57,588 nucleotides of DNA from Bacteroidales bacterium (GTDB lineage: Bacteria; Bacteroidota; Bacteroidia; Bacteroidales; PUMT01), in contig SKND01000403.1 in assembly GCA_007120695.1 (NCBI GenBank), forward strand, positions 1-57,588, written 5' to 3'. Positions 1 through 9,280 of this stretch are shown one piece after another. The position numbers were made by a program, and so were the translations under genes. The number at the start of each line of letters is the position of its first letter. Positions within the stretch are counted from its first letter, which is position 1. Below the pieces are notes generated by a model. That model was not told the DNA's origin. It searched no databases and saw only the letters and a program-made list of their open reading frames with translations.

Positions 1-83
1 ATATACGATTATAATGCGCTTCAATCCGTTGAATCCTCATGCAAACTATATTATTCCTTTGCAGGAATTGGTGGATGTGGATT

Positions 84-147
84 TCACATAAATTTTTTTC
101 ATCTTGATTGTGTGTAATTTAAGCTGAAAAAAATTAATGTATATTTA
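84..147 (+). repeat. Copy A of a ~64-nt intergenic module (CATAAAtttttttCAT ... TGTGTGTAATTT ... GAAAAAA ... TTAATGTATATTT), ending ~20 nt before the first ORF
   Basis: A hand alignment to 15741..15804 gives about 50 of 64 identical positions. There are long identical blocks (TGTGTGTAATTT, TTAATGTATATTT) and a divergent 6-7 nt spacer. Confidence 0.7.
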
Positions 148-167
148 CACCAGGAAAAAAATTTACT

Positions 168-1193
168 ATGATGTCAAATAATACAGCCACAATTATTATG
201 ACAATAAAATCTTATGCTATGATCCGGGTTGGTAAAGGTTTAACTGGTAATCTGCGGGTGATCATTAATTCATTGCTTCTTTTGTTATTTTTATTTTCAC
301 TCCCTGCAACGGTCAATTCAGAGTCTTCCCTGCCAGTAAGTTCTGAAAGGCCGGTAATAATTAGTTATCTTGAAATTATTGATATAGAGACAGGTGAGAG
401 GGAGGTGGTATATGCAGATTCAAGTCATTTCGAGGCGCCGAACTGGTCGCCCGACGGTGAAACTCTCTATTTCAACAGTGGGGGCTATATATACAGCATC
501 CCTGTGGAGGGAGGCGAACCAGCAAAGCTGGATACCGGTTTTGCCAACAGGAACAACAACGACCACGTTCTTTCACCGGGCGGTACACATATGGCTATCA
601 GTCACCACAGCGCAGATGATGGAGGCACATCAATTATTTATATAGTAAATATTAATGGCGGAGAACCTATAAGAATAACGGAAAAGGGTCCCTCCTACCT
701 TCACGGCTGGTCGCCTGATGGTATGGAGCTGGCCTATGTTGCAAACAGAGACGGCAAACAGTATGACGTATATGTCATTCCTGTTAAAGAGGGTCCGGAG
801 GTACAGCTTACCTTTACAGATGCTCATGAGGACGGACCGGATTACAGTCCCTGCGGCAAATATATCTGGTTTAACTCCGACAGAAGCGGTATTATGCAGA
901 TATGGAGAATGGACCGGGACGGAAGCAATCCCGTGCAGAAGACCTTTGACGAATATAATGACTGGTTCCCCCACCCCTCACCTGACGGCAAACATATTGC
1001 CATACTCTCATATGACAAAGGAGTAGATGGACATCCGGCAAATAAAGATGTATGGCTGAGGTTAATGCCTGCAGATGGAGGTGAGCCTGTTATACTGACT
1101 GAACTGTTTGGCGGCCAGGGCACCATCAATGTACCTTCATGGGCCCCGGACAGTAAACGATTCGCCTTTGTAAGTTACAAGCTGCTTGACTAA
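168..1193 (+). CDS. Secreted PD40/WD40-like beta-propeller protein (TolB-like repeats)
   Basis: 341-aa ORF with a hydrophobic signal-like segment ([16 protein letters not shown]). It carries repeated PD40-type motifs: [45 protein letters not shown]. The start is ambiguous (ATG at 168, 198 or 219). Confidence 0.8.
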   Translation: MMSNNTATIIMTIKSYAMIRVGKGLTGNLRVIINSLLLLLFLFSLPATVNSESSLPVSSERPVIISYLEIIDIETGEREVVYADSSHFEAPNWSPDGETLYFNSGGYIYSIPVEGGEPAKLDTGFANRNNNDHVLSPGGTHMAISHHSADDGGTSIIYIVNINGGEPIRITEKGPSYLHGWSPDGMELAYVANRDGKQYDVYVIPVKEGPEVQLTFTDAHEDGPDYSPCGKYIWFNSDRSGIMQIWRMDRDGSNPVQKTFDEYNDWFPHPSPDGKHIAILSYDKGVDGHPANKDVWLRLMPADGGEPVILTELFGGQGTINVPSWAPDSKRFAFVSYKLLD

Positions 1194-1255
1194 TATGAGA
1201 AATAACCGGTAGCCCGGACCGGGAAAATAACCGGCAATTTAACCCAGTCTGCAAC

Positions 1256-1900
1256 TCAACTCTTTCTAATCTTAGAAGCAGGAAGGAATACTATCTTTTT
1301 TGTTTTAAAATACTCCTCTGAAAAAAAGGCAGCAATATCAGTTTCTGTAACGTCATCTTTCCACATTCCCAGTTCGGCATCAAGATTGCCGCCCTTGAGA
1401 CTATATATCCCGTGAGCAGGTTCAACCTGCCCGTTCATAAATAGTTTGTCGGCCGACAAACTTACCATTCCGGAAAAGGAGATAACTGCACGGCTGATTA
1501 TGTAGTGGAATGATCCACTGAAATCCTCAGCCCGGGTGTGTACAGCCTCAATATTTGCAAGTCCGAGTTCACGGGAAACATTTTCAACTACCCTTATCTT
1601 TTTCCCCGTTGAATCGATCAGCGTAAAGCTAACTCCGGGAAACATTATTGCCAGAGGTATTCCGGGAAAACCACCTCCTGTGCCTATATCAAGCACACTC
1701 TCTTTTTCCCTGAAAGGCACAACCCTGGCAAGGGCCAGAGAATGTAAAACATGATTAATGTAGAGGTTGGGGAGATCTTTCCTTGAAATTACATTTATTT
1801 TTGCGTTCCAGAAGCAGTACAGCGCTGACAATTGCTTGTACCTGGACACTGCCACCGGGTCAAGATCCGGGAAATAACGAATTATATCGCCGGTATCCAA
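1256..1900 (-). CDS. rsmG: 16S rRNA (guanine527-N7)-methyltransferase RsmG (GidB)
   Basis: 214 aa with the SAM-binding motif LDIGTGGGFPGIPLAI. Length and overall pattern are typical of GidB/RsmG. Confidence 0.9.
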   Translation of the reverse strand: MDTGDIIRYFPDLDPVAVSRYKQLSALYCFWNAKINVISRKDLPNLYINHVLHSLALARVVPFREKESVLDIGTGGGFPGIPLAIMFPGVSFTLIDSTGKKIRVVENVSRELGLANIEAVHTRAEDFSGSFHYIISRAVISFSGMVSLSADKLFMNGQVEPAHGIYSLKGGNLDAELGMWKDDVTETDIAAFFSEEYFKTKKIVFLPASKIRKS

Positions 1901-1905
1901 AATTG

Positions 1906-2505
1906 TCAGAAGCTATGGTTTGTGTTATTGAAGATATTAAATAACAGGTCTCTCGCCCTGAAAAGCTGAGCCTTCACAGTCCCGATAGGAAGTTCAAGCT
2001 CCTGTGCAATCTCGTCGTATGAGTACTCTTTGAAGTATCTGAGTTCTATCAGTTTACGGTATCTCGGCTTGAGCTTGGCCACGATCTCCTTCATCATGCT
2101 TAATTTCTGATGATTGATAAGTGACTCTTCGGGATCCATATCTTCCGACTGGATATTGTGAGACGGATCATCCATTTCATCACCGGGAGTTTCAAAAGAG
2201 AGTGGTGTACTCTTCTTTTTACGCATAAAGTCTATGCAGTTGTTGGTGGCAATCTTAAAGAGCCATGTACTGAAAGCAAAATTAGGGGCATATTGTTTAA
2301 TACTTTTGAAAGCCTTACCAAAAGCCTCAATCGTAAGGTCCTCTGCATCGCTGGGATTGTTGACCATTTTCAGAAGCATGAAGTAAATTGCATCCCTGTA
2401 TCTGCCCAATAGCTCAGCGTATGCTCTCTGATCGCCGTCCGCCGCTTTTAAAACCAACTCATAATCATACTGTGCCTTATCGGAAAGGTTCTGGGTTATC
2501 TCCAT
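1906..2505 (-). CDS. RNA polymerase sigma-70 family factor, ECF subfamily
   Basis: 199 aa. Region 2 is DAEDLTIEAF...FSTWLFKIATNNCIDFMR. The region 4 HTH is YSYDEIAQELELPIGTVKAQLFRAR. Confidence 0.9.
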   Translation of the reverse strand: MEITQNLSDKAQYDYELVLKAADGDQRAYAELLGRYRDAIYFMLLKMVNNPSDAEDLTIEAFGKAFKSIKQYAPNFAFSTWLFKIATNNCIDFMRKKKSTPLSFETPGDEMDDPSHNIQSEDMDPEESLINHQKLSMMKEIVAKLKPRYRKLIELRYFKEYSYDEIAQELELPIGTVKAQLFRARDLLFNIFNNTNHSF

Positions 2506-3635
2506 CTGCTTCTTTTTTGAGTAATTGAATTTCCAACAACACAGAAAATATTTATAATAAACACCACTATGTCATATACCGGCGAAAATACTAATAAATT
2601 CTTTTCATTCAAACGGTTCATTACCGAATTTAATATTAGATATCCTGAAATCAAGCGTATAGTAAATATAGCCAGTATCCAGGGAAGAAATATTTTATTC
2701 GCTACAAGAAGGATAAAAAGCACATAAAACAGAACCCGGCTGACTATTTCAAGTCCCAGTAAAAATCTTGTACCCCCCCTGTAGTGAAAACCCGTTGTCA
2801 GGTGCCTGCTTTTCTGACTGAACCATTCTGTCCAGCTTTTAGCGGGCGGGGACACGGTGTGGGCAAGATGGGACAGCTCAAGTCCGGTATTCTCTTTTGT
2901 AGCCACTTCGTTAATAAAAAGGTCATCATCACCTGACTCAAGGTTCAGGTGTGAAGCAAATCCTTTGTTGCCAAAGAAGAGAGACTTTCTGTAAGCAAGG
3001 TTCCTTCCTACTCCCATATAGGGAAAACCCGCAAGTGCAAATGAGAAGTACTGCATGGCTATAAAAAGGGTATCGTACCTTATAAGTTTGTTAAGCAACC
3101 CATTTCCTCTTTCGTATCCACCGTAACCTAGTACTATCTCATTAGGTGTGGTAAAATGCTTTTGCATTTGCGATATCCAGAGGTGACTTGCAGGACGGCA
3201 GTCGGCGTCAGTAAGAAGTACCCACTCATTCTTTGCAGCCTTCAGTCCGATCGTCATAGCCAGCTTCTTCCCGTGACTGAATTTCTGGTCTTTTCTTATA
3301 ACGGTTGACCTCAAATCAGGATATTGCTTTTTTAACCGGTTAAGTACCTCTTCAGTATTGTCTTCGGACGAATCATTTACCACAACTACCTCATAATCTG
3401 CATAATCCTGTTCGAGGATGGCAGGCAGGTTGTTTTTAAGATTTTCTGCCTCGTTGCGGGCACATATGACAACCGACACCGCTTCTCCCGAACTGGTAAT
3501 GGTGTTATCGCTCCGGTAAAGTGCGGAGCGGATATAAAAAAACAGGTGATAGAACAACTGCACAAGGAAAGATACTGCGAAAACACCGGCAATAATTATC
3601 CAGATAATATCCGTTTGGTCAAGTTCAAAACTCAC
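2496..3635 (-). CDS. Family 2 glycosyltransferase, membrane associated
   Basis: 379 aa with an N-terminal TM helix and C-terminal TM helices. GT-A motifs are VSVVICARNE, VVVVNDSSEDNT and LTDADC. Its 3' end overlaps the sigma-factor start by 10 nt. Confidence 0.85.
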   Translation of the reverse strand: MSFELDQTDIIWIIIAGVFAVSFLVQLFYHLFFYIRSALYRSDNTITSSGEAVSVVICARNEAENLKNNLPAILEQDYADYEVVVVNDSSEDNTEEVLNRLKKQYPDLRSTVIRKDQKFSHGKKLAMTIGLKAAKNEWVLLTDADCRPASHLWISQMQKHFTTPNEIVLGYGGYERGNGLLNKLIRYDTLFIAMQYFSFALAGFPYMGVGRNLAYRKSLFFGNKGFASHLNLESGDDDLFINEVATKENTGLELSHLAHTVSPPAKSWTEWFSQKSRHLTTGFHYRGGTRFLLGLEIVSRVLFYVLFILLVANKIFLPWILAIFTIRLISGYLILNSVMNRLNEKNLLVFSPVYDIVVFIINIFCVVGNSITQKRSRWR

Positions 3636-3744
3636 AATCTATTATTAAAGGTTTTGCAATTTTATTAAAGATTTTGAACTTAATCAAATTTATTTATTAA
3701 TAGATAATGTTAAAATGGCCTGTATTATTGTTTAGACAATTGAT

Positions 3745-3752
3745 TATCTTTG
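3745..3752 (+). promoter_or_regulatory. Bacteroidota -7 promoter box TATCTTTG (TAnnTTTG) for tgt
   Basis: Exact TAnnTTTG match 24 nt upstream of the ATG at 3777. Confidence 0.45.
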
Positions 3753-3776
3753 GCAGTCATCTTTAAATACCGGATA

Positions 3777-4907
3777 ATGTTTTTTGAACTTATTGCCCGA
3801 GATAATGATTCCAGGGCACGAACGGGAATAATATCAACCGGGAGGGGGAAAATTGAAACTCCTGTTTTTATGCCCGTCGGAACAGCCGGAAGCGTTAAAG
3901 GTATTAGCAGGCACGAACTTGAAAATAACATCCGTGCAGAGATAATTCTCGGAAATACTTACCATCTCTATCTTCGGCCCGGACTGGATACAATATCGAA
4001 GGCCGGAGGATTTCATAAATTCATAGGATGGGAAAAACCTTTACTGACCGACAGCGGCGGCTACCAGGTCTTTTCTCTTGCTGAGAACCGGAAATTAACC
4101 GGCGAGGGAGCAATTTTCAGATCACATATAGACGGATCTGAACACAAGTTCACACCAGAGAATATTGTCGATATCCAGCGAAGCATAGGTGCCGATATTA
4201 TGATGGCATTTGATGAGTGCACTCCCTGGCCATGTGAGTATAAATATGCGCTTGACTCAATGGAGCTTACACACAACTGGCTCGGGAGGGGGTGGAAACG
4301 GTTTGAAGAAACTGAGCCGCTGTATGGAGCGGAACAGTATCTCTTCCCTATAGTGCAGGGTAGTGTCTTTACTGATCTCCGGAAGCGGTCAGCCGAATTT
4401 ATAAGCAGATTTGATTCTGCCGGCAATGCAATTGGCGGATTATCGGTTGGAGAACCGGCTGAAAAAATGTATGAAATGGTTGAGGAGGTCAATGCCATAC
4501 TGCCCGGATCAAAGCCACGGTACCTTATGGGGGTGGGGACACCTGCCAATATTCTGGAGTGCATAGGCCTGGGAGTGGATATGTTTGACTGTGTGATGCC
4601 TACACGCAATGGCCGAAACGGAAGCATTTTCACTTCGGAGGGTATTATAAATATTAAAAACCTCAAATGGAAAAATGACTTCTCACCTGTCGATCAGTCG
4701 GGCGCAACAAATACCGGTACACAATATTCAAAGGCCTATTTACGTCATTTAATCGTTTCGGGTGAAATGCTGGGATCTGTAATTGCCAGCATCCACAACC
4801 TTGAATTCTATATGTGGCTTATAAGAAGGGCAAGAGAAGAGATTACTAATGGGAGTTTCAATAACTGGAAAAATTCAATGATTCCCCGGTTAAGCAGTAA
4901 GGTATGA
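3777..4907 (+). CDS. tgt: tRNA-guanine transglycosylase (queuine tRNA-ribosyltransferase)
   Basis: Motifs TPVFMPVGT, LTDSGGYQ, MAFDEC and FDCVMPTRNGRNG. The start is taken at the ATG giving MFFELIARD. The ORF track's 3750 start is a TTG that lies inside the promoter box. Confidence 0.95.
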   Translation: MFFELIARDNDSRARTGIISTGRGKIETPVFMPVGTAGSVKGISRHELENNIRAEIILGNTYHLYLRPGLDTISKAGGFHKFIGWEKPLLTDSGGYQVFSLAENRKLTGEGAIFRSHIDGSEHKFTPENIVDIQRSIGADIMMAFDECTPWPCEYKYALDSMELTHNWLGRGWKRFEETEPLYGAEQYLFPIVQGSVFTDLRKRSAEFISRFDSAGNAIGGLSVGEPAEKMYEMVEEVNAILPGSKPRYLMGVGTPANILECIGLGVDMFDCVMPTRNGRNGSIFTSEGIINIKNLKWKNDFSPVDQSGATNTGTQYSKAYLRHLIVSGEMLGSVIASIHNLEFYMWLIRRAREEITNGSFNNWKNSMIPRLSSKV

Positions 4908-5998
4908 GTAAACTGGGACTTAATATTCTGGACCGCTATATAATAAGAAAGTTCCTGGGAACATTTTTTTATTCGATTTTGCTGATTGTCAGCATTGCTG
5001 TTATTTTTGACCTTGCAGAGAAACTCGACAATTTTATTGAAAGGGAAGCGCCCTGGAGAGCAGTGATATTTGATTACTACCTGAACTTTATCCCCTACTT
5101 CGCCATCCTGTTCAGTCCCCTCTTCACATTCATCTCGGTCATATATTTTACATCCAAAATGGCCTATAACACCGAGATAATTGCCATACTCAGTAACGGT
5201 GTGAGCTTCAATAGATTACTGAGGCCATATTTTATCTCGGCTTGTATTATTGCTCTCTTTTCTTTTCTTATGAGCGATATGGTATTGCCGGTTTCTAATC
5301 AGAAAAGGCTTGACTTCGAAGAATTATACTACAGGAGGTCAGCGCCCCAGTCGGGTATGAGAGATGTTCACAAACAGATACTGCCGGGTGTCTACATCTA
5401 TTTTTCAAATTTCTCAACATCAAACAACATTGCTTATAACTTTTCTATTGAGCAGTTCGATGGAAACAGGCTGGTGTCAAAAACCACATCAGATTATGCA
5501 ACTTATGATACCACTGAAAACATGTGGACCCTAAGACAGTATATGACAAGGCACTTTACCGAAAGCGGTGAAGTAATGGAACGCGGAATAAGAAAAGATA
5601 CTACTCTCAATGTACACCCCTCCGAATTCAGCCGCAGGGAAAGTATTGTTGAAACAATGAGTCTGCGTGAAATTGATGAGTTTATAGAACAGCAAAGAAT
5701 GCAGGGGGCAGACAATATCGATTATTTCCTTATCGAACGTCACAGCAGGGTTGCATTTCCATTTTCAACTTTCATACTTACCCTGATAGGGATGTCTCTT
5801 TCATCAAAAAAATCCAGGGAGGGTATCGGTTTTCATATAGGCCTGGGACTGCTGCTCAGTTTTTCATATATACTCTTCATGAGGTTCAGCACCATGTTTT
5901 CGGTAAGCGGATTAATGAGCCCGCTGGTTGCAGTATGGTTACCCAATATATTGTATGCCGTTATTGCATATATTATATACCGGTTTGCACCTAAATAG
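4904..5998 (+). CDS. LptF/LptG-family (YjgP/YjgQ) LPS export permease
   Basis: 364 aa with multiple TM segments at both ends and a central soluble domain. Its ATG overlaps the tgt stop (ATGA), which suggests translational coupling. Confidence 0.85.
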   Translation: MSKLGLNILDRYIIRKFLGTFFYSILLIVSIAVIFDLAEKLDNFIEREAPWRAVIFDYYLNFIPYFAILFSPLFTFISVIYFTSKMAYNTEIIAILSNGVSFNRLLRPYFISACIIALFSFLMSDMVLPVSNQKRLDFEELYYRRSAPQSGMRDVHKQILPGVYIYFSNFSTSNNIAYNFSIEQFDGNRLVSKTTSDYATYDTTENMWTLRQYMTRHFTESGEVMERGIRKDTTLNVHPSEFSRRESIVETMSLREIDEFIEQQRMQGADNIDYFLIERHSRVAFPFSTFILTLIGMSLSSKKSREGIGFHIGLGLLLSFSYILFMRFSTMFSVSGLMSPLVAVWLPNILYAVIAYIIYRFAPK

Positions 5999-6255
5999 GA
6001 TTTATCAGGTATCTTTACCGTGATTAAAATTCAGTCTTTTTTAACTTTTTAAAAGCAAAAGGCATTTGCACAAAAGAATATTTGCTTTTTCAAATTAGTA
6101 ATCAGCGCCATAATAGACCGGCAAACAACATATCCATTTGAAAATTTTTTTTATATATTTTGATTTCGTATTGTTGTATTCGAAATATCAAACATCGGCC
6201 GGCTGTCATTAACCTGTCAACTGCCCGTATAATCTGTTAACCAAATAATTTATTT

Positions 6256-7800
6256 ATGGGTTTAAAAAGAAAGATCCTTGAATTGCACAAGAAAAGGGAA
6301 GAGGTTCTCAAAGGAGGAGGTGACAAGGCAATCGAAAAGCAAACGGCAATGGGTAAGATGACTGCCCGTGAACGTATTATTTCTCTTTGCGATACTGATT
6401 CGTTTCACGAATACGACCTTTTCGTTGAACATGAGGCAAGAGATTTTAATATGGATAAAAAGATACTTCATGGTGATGGTGTCATTATAGGCACTGGAAC
6501 CATATACGGGGCCCCGGTCTGCATATTTGCACAGGATTTTACTGTGGCCGGCGGTTCTCTGGGGATGATGCATGCGAGGAAAATAACAAAGATCATGGAT
6601 CATGCCCTTAAGATGAAGGTTCCACTGATAGGCATCAACGACTCAGGAGGAGCCAGGATACAGGAGGGAGTCAACTCACTTGCAGGTTATGGTGAGATTT
6701 TTTTCAGGAATACCTTATCTTCCGGTGTCATACCCCAGATTTCTGTAATACTGGGACCTTGTGCAGGAGGGGCGGTTTATTCTCCGGCACTGACAGACTT
6801 TGTTTTTGTTGTAGACAAGATATCAAAGATGTTCATCACGGGACCGGAAGTCATCAGGACAGTACTGGGAGAAGAGATATCGATGGAAGACCTTGGCGGC
6901 GCCAGGGTACATAGCGAAATAACAGGTAATGCCCATTTTTTTGCCAAAAGCGAAGCGGAGTGTTTTGAGCAGATTAAAAAGCTTATAACTTTCATTCCCT
7001 GGGATAACACCAGGAAAGCCTTGAAGTTTGAACCCAAAGAACCAAAACCTGAATATAACATATCAGATATTGTTCCGGGTGATCCGCGTCAGCCTTATGA
7101 TGTCAGGGATGTTATCAGGGCTATTGTTGATGACTCAGATTTTTTTGAGATCCAGGAATTGTGGGCCGCAAATATTGTTATTGGTTTTGGCAGAATGAAT
7201 GGAGATACTATTGGGTTTGTGGCAAATCAACCCCTGGTACTGGCCGGAGTTCTCGATGTTGACTCATCCGATAAGGCCGCCAGGTTTATCCGCTACTGTA
7301 ATGCTTTCAGCATACCCATAATCACCCTGGTCGACCTGCCCGGATATTTACCGGGAGTGGACCAGGAACATGCAGGAGTTATAAGGCACGGTGCAAAAGT
7401 TCTTTATGCCTACAGCGAGGCTACAGTTGCAAAAATGACGGTTATCCTCAGAAAAGCCTATGGAGGGGGATATATAGCAATGAGTTCGAGGCATCTGCGT
7501 GCCGATTTCGTATTTGCATGGCCTACTGCCGAGATTGCAGTTATGGGACCGGAAGGTGCTGCCAATATAATCTTCAGGAAAGAGATCATGGAAGCAGAGG
7601 ATCCCGATAAAATGAGAAAGCAAAAAGTTAAGGAATACAAGGAGAAGTTTGCCAATCCGTATGTTGCTGCCGCGCGCGGATATGTTGATTCGGTAATTGA
7701 GCCCGAAGAGACAAGGAAACTCCTTTTACATGCGATTGAGGTATCGGGGAACAAATCGGTATTTCTGCCACAAAAAAAACATGGTATCCCGCCTTTCTGA
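6256..7800 (+). CDS. Acyl-CoA carboxylase carboxyltransferase subunit (propionyl-CoA carboxylase beta / methylmalonyl-CoA decarboxylase alpha type)
   Basis: 514 aa with full-length resemblance to the carboxyltransferase domain family (GINDSGGARIQEG, RKAYGGGYIAM, C-terminal FANPY). Confidence 0.9.
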   Translation: MGLKRKILELHKKREEVLKGGGDKAIEKQTAMGKMTARERIISLCDTDSFHEYDLFVEHEARDFNMDKKILHGDGVIIGTGTIYGAPVCIFAQDFTVAGGSLGMMHARKITKIMDHALKMKVPLIGINDSGGARIQEGVNSLAGYGEIFFRNTLSSGVIPQISVILGPCAGGAVYSPALTDFVFVVDKISKMFITGPEVIRTVLGEEISMEDLGGARVHSEITGNAHFFAKSEAECFEQIKKLITFIPWDNTRKALKFEPKEPKPEYNISDIVPGDPRQPYDVRDVIRAIVDDSDFFEIQELWAANIVIGFGRMNGDTIGFVANQPLVLAGVLDVDSSDKAARFIRYCNAFSIPIITLVDLPGYLPGVDQEHAGVIRHGAKVLYAYSEATVAKMTVILRKAYGGGYIAMSSRHLRADFVFAWPTAEIAVMGPEGAANIIFRKEIMEAEDPDKMRKQKVKEYKEKFANPYVAAARGYVDSVIEPEETRKLLLHAIEVSGNKSVFLPQKKHGIPPF

Positions 7801-7903
7801 TAAAAGAAATTTCTGCCTGGGCATATAGCATGTGTCCCGGCAGACATGTTTCCAGATTTGGAGTTTAATATTATTTCCGGTCAAAATCATAAGTTTAGAT
7901 ATA

Positions 7904-8245
7904 ATGAAGAAGATTGATTGCGATGATAAAAAGATCAGATGTAAATCTCTGGTAATTGACGGTACTAAATACCGTACAACCCTGAACAAGAAATTCACAA
8001 ACAGAAAAGCCTGGGAAAAACCCCAGAAAAGCAGGATAATGTCATTTATCCCGGGTACCATACTTAAGATCTACGTGAAGGAGGGACAGTGTGTTAAGAA
8101 AGGTGACAACCTGCTGATTCTGGAAGCGATGAAAATGCAGAACCTGTTCAGAAGTCCTGTCGAAGGCATTATCAAATCAATCAACATGAAGGTGGGAGAA
8201 AGAGTACCCAAGGGTAAGCTGATGATTGAGATTGGCTATCAGTGA
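7904..8245 (+). CDS. Biotin carboxyl carrier protein (biotin/lipoyl attachment domain)
   Basis: Carries the biotinylation motif EAMKMQN in a C-terminal lipoyl-like domain. The start is taken at MKKIDCDD. The longer track ORF starting at 7832 adds an implausible extension. Confidence 0.85.
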   Translation: MKKIDCDDKKIRCKSLVIDGTKYRTTLNKKFTNRKAWEKPQKSRIMSFIPGTILKIYVKEGQCVKKGDNLLILEAMKMQNLFRSPVEGIIKSINMKVGERVPKGKLMIEIGYQ

Positions 8246-8251
8246 CGGCAT

Positions 8252-8287
8252 GAGCTCCCCGGTTTTACCAGGGAGCTCTGTTTTTTA
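8252..8287 (+). terminator. Rho-independent terminator after the carboxylase gene pair
   Basis: An 8-bp GC-rich stem, GAGCTCCC (8252-8259) with GGGAGCTC (8271-8278), is followed by TGTTTTTTAT. Confidence 0.8.
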
Positions 8288-8314
8288 TCCGCCTGCCGGC
8301 AGAATGAAAACCGG

Positions 8315-9145
8315 TCACAGGGTTCCCTCCCAAACGAACATTCCGGGGAACTTCTCCTTAAACCCGCCCGTTTCGGTGTTTGCTTCGAATAAACCGTAAA
8401 CCGCAGATCCACTACCAGTCATGGAGGCATAAAAAGCCCCTTCTTCATAAAGTTTATTTCTGATATCTATAGTAACCGGATACGATCCGGATACGGCCTG
8501 TTCAAAATCATTCATAACCCTCCCCTGCCACATGGCCGGATCATTTTTAAGAATTTCTTTGAGAGGGGTGTCATGTTTTCCGGGCTTGACCATGCTGTAG
8601 GCCCACCCGGTATTTATGCCAATTCCCGGATGCACGATGCATATTTTATATCCGGACAGATCGATCTCTGACTTTTCAAGGAGCTCTCCCTTACCTGTTC
8701 CAAGTGCAGGTTTATTGTAAATAAAGAACGGGCAGTCACTCCCTATCCCCGCAGCAACTTCTGAAAGGCCTTCGTCAGAAAGGTCAAGGGAGAAGATTTC
8801 TCTAAGTGCTCTCAGCACAAATGCAGCATCAGAAGAGCCTCCGCCAAGTCCTGCACCCAGAGGAATAATCTTGTGGAGATGGATCTTCACAGGTGGTATT
8901 GCAATCCGCTCATTAAGTGTGCTCCAGGCTCGCAGGCACAGATTGCCGGCAGGTTCGCAATCAATACTGACCCCGGAATGATCAAGCAGGCTCATTTCCG
9001 TCTTTTTCCCCGGAAGGGGGATCACCTCAACAATATCGGTCAGACCTACCGGGTAAAAAAGTGTTTCTATATTGTGAAAGCCGTCACCTCTTTTACCGGT
9101 TACATGTAACCCGATATTAATCTTGGCATTAGGAAAAATAATCAT
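8315..9145 (-). CDS. ispE: 4-(cytidine 5'-diphospho)-2-C-methyl-D-erythritol kinase
   Basis: 276 aa with the N-terminal KINIGLHV motif and the GHMP kinase motif PLGAGLGGGSSDAA. Confidence 0.9.
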   Translation of the reverse strand: MIIFPNAKINIGLHVTGKRGDGFHNIETLFYPVGLTDIVEVIPLPGKKTEMSLLDHSGVSIDCEPAGNLCLRAWSTLNERIAIPPVKIHLHKIIPLGAGLGGGSSDAAFVLRALREIFSLDLSDEGLSEVAAGIGSDCPFFIYNKPALGTGKGELLEKSEIDLSGYKICIVHPGIGINTGWAYSMVKPGKHDTPLKEILKNDPAMWQGRVMNDFEQAVSGSYPVTIDIRNKLYEEGAFYASMTGSGSAVYGLFEANTETGGFKEKFPGMFVWEGTL

Positions 9146-9240
9146 TTACGGAAAGTTTTTAAACAAATTTAGTTTTTTTTTCAACATATGCTGTTTAAAA
9201 AGAAAATGCGAATTAGTTAAAGGAGGCAGCAGTAATTTTA

Positions 9241-9248
9241 TACCTTTG
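9241..9248 (+). promoter_or_regulatory. -7 promoter box TACCTTTG for dnaB
   Basis: TAnnTTTG match 32 nt upstream of the dnaB ATG. Confidence 0.45.
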
Positions 9249-9280
9249 AACTCCTGAAAAATAAAACAAAAGGAAAGACA

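Noticed and set aside
4061-4666. Long antisense ORFs opposite well-supported genes: 4061-4666, 17386-17934, 27170-27697, 32146-32649, 34650-35195, 36699-37142, 52496-53002, 54346-54783, 56616-57131.
   Set aside because: Each lies opposite a gene with unambiguous family motifs. Their translations are low-complexity, Ser/Pro/Arg/Cys-rich, and motif-free. These are typical shadow ORFs.
6052-6095. A terminator after the first LptF/G gene (AAAAGCAAA ... TTTGCTTTT followed by a T-rich run).
   Set aside because: The stem is almost entirely A-T and has alternative registers. It is too weak to call from sequence alone.
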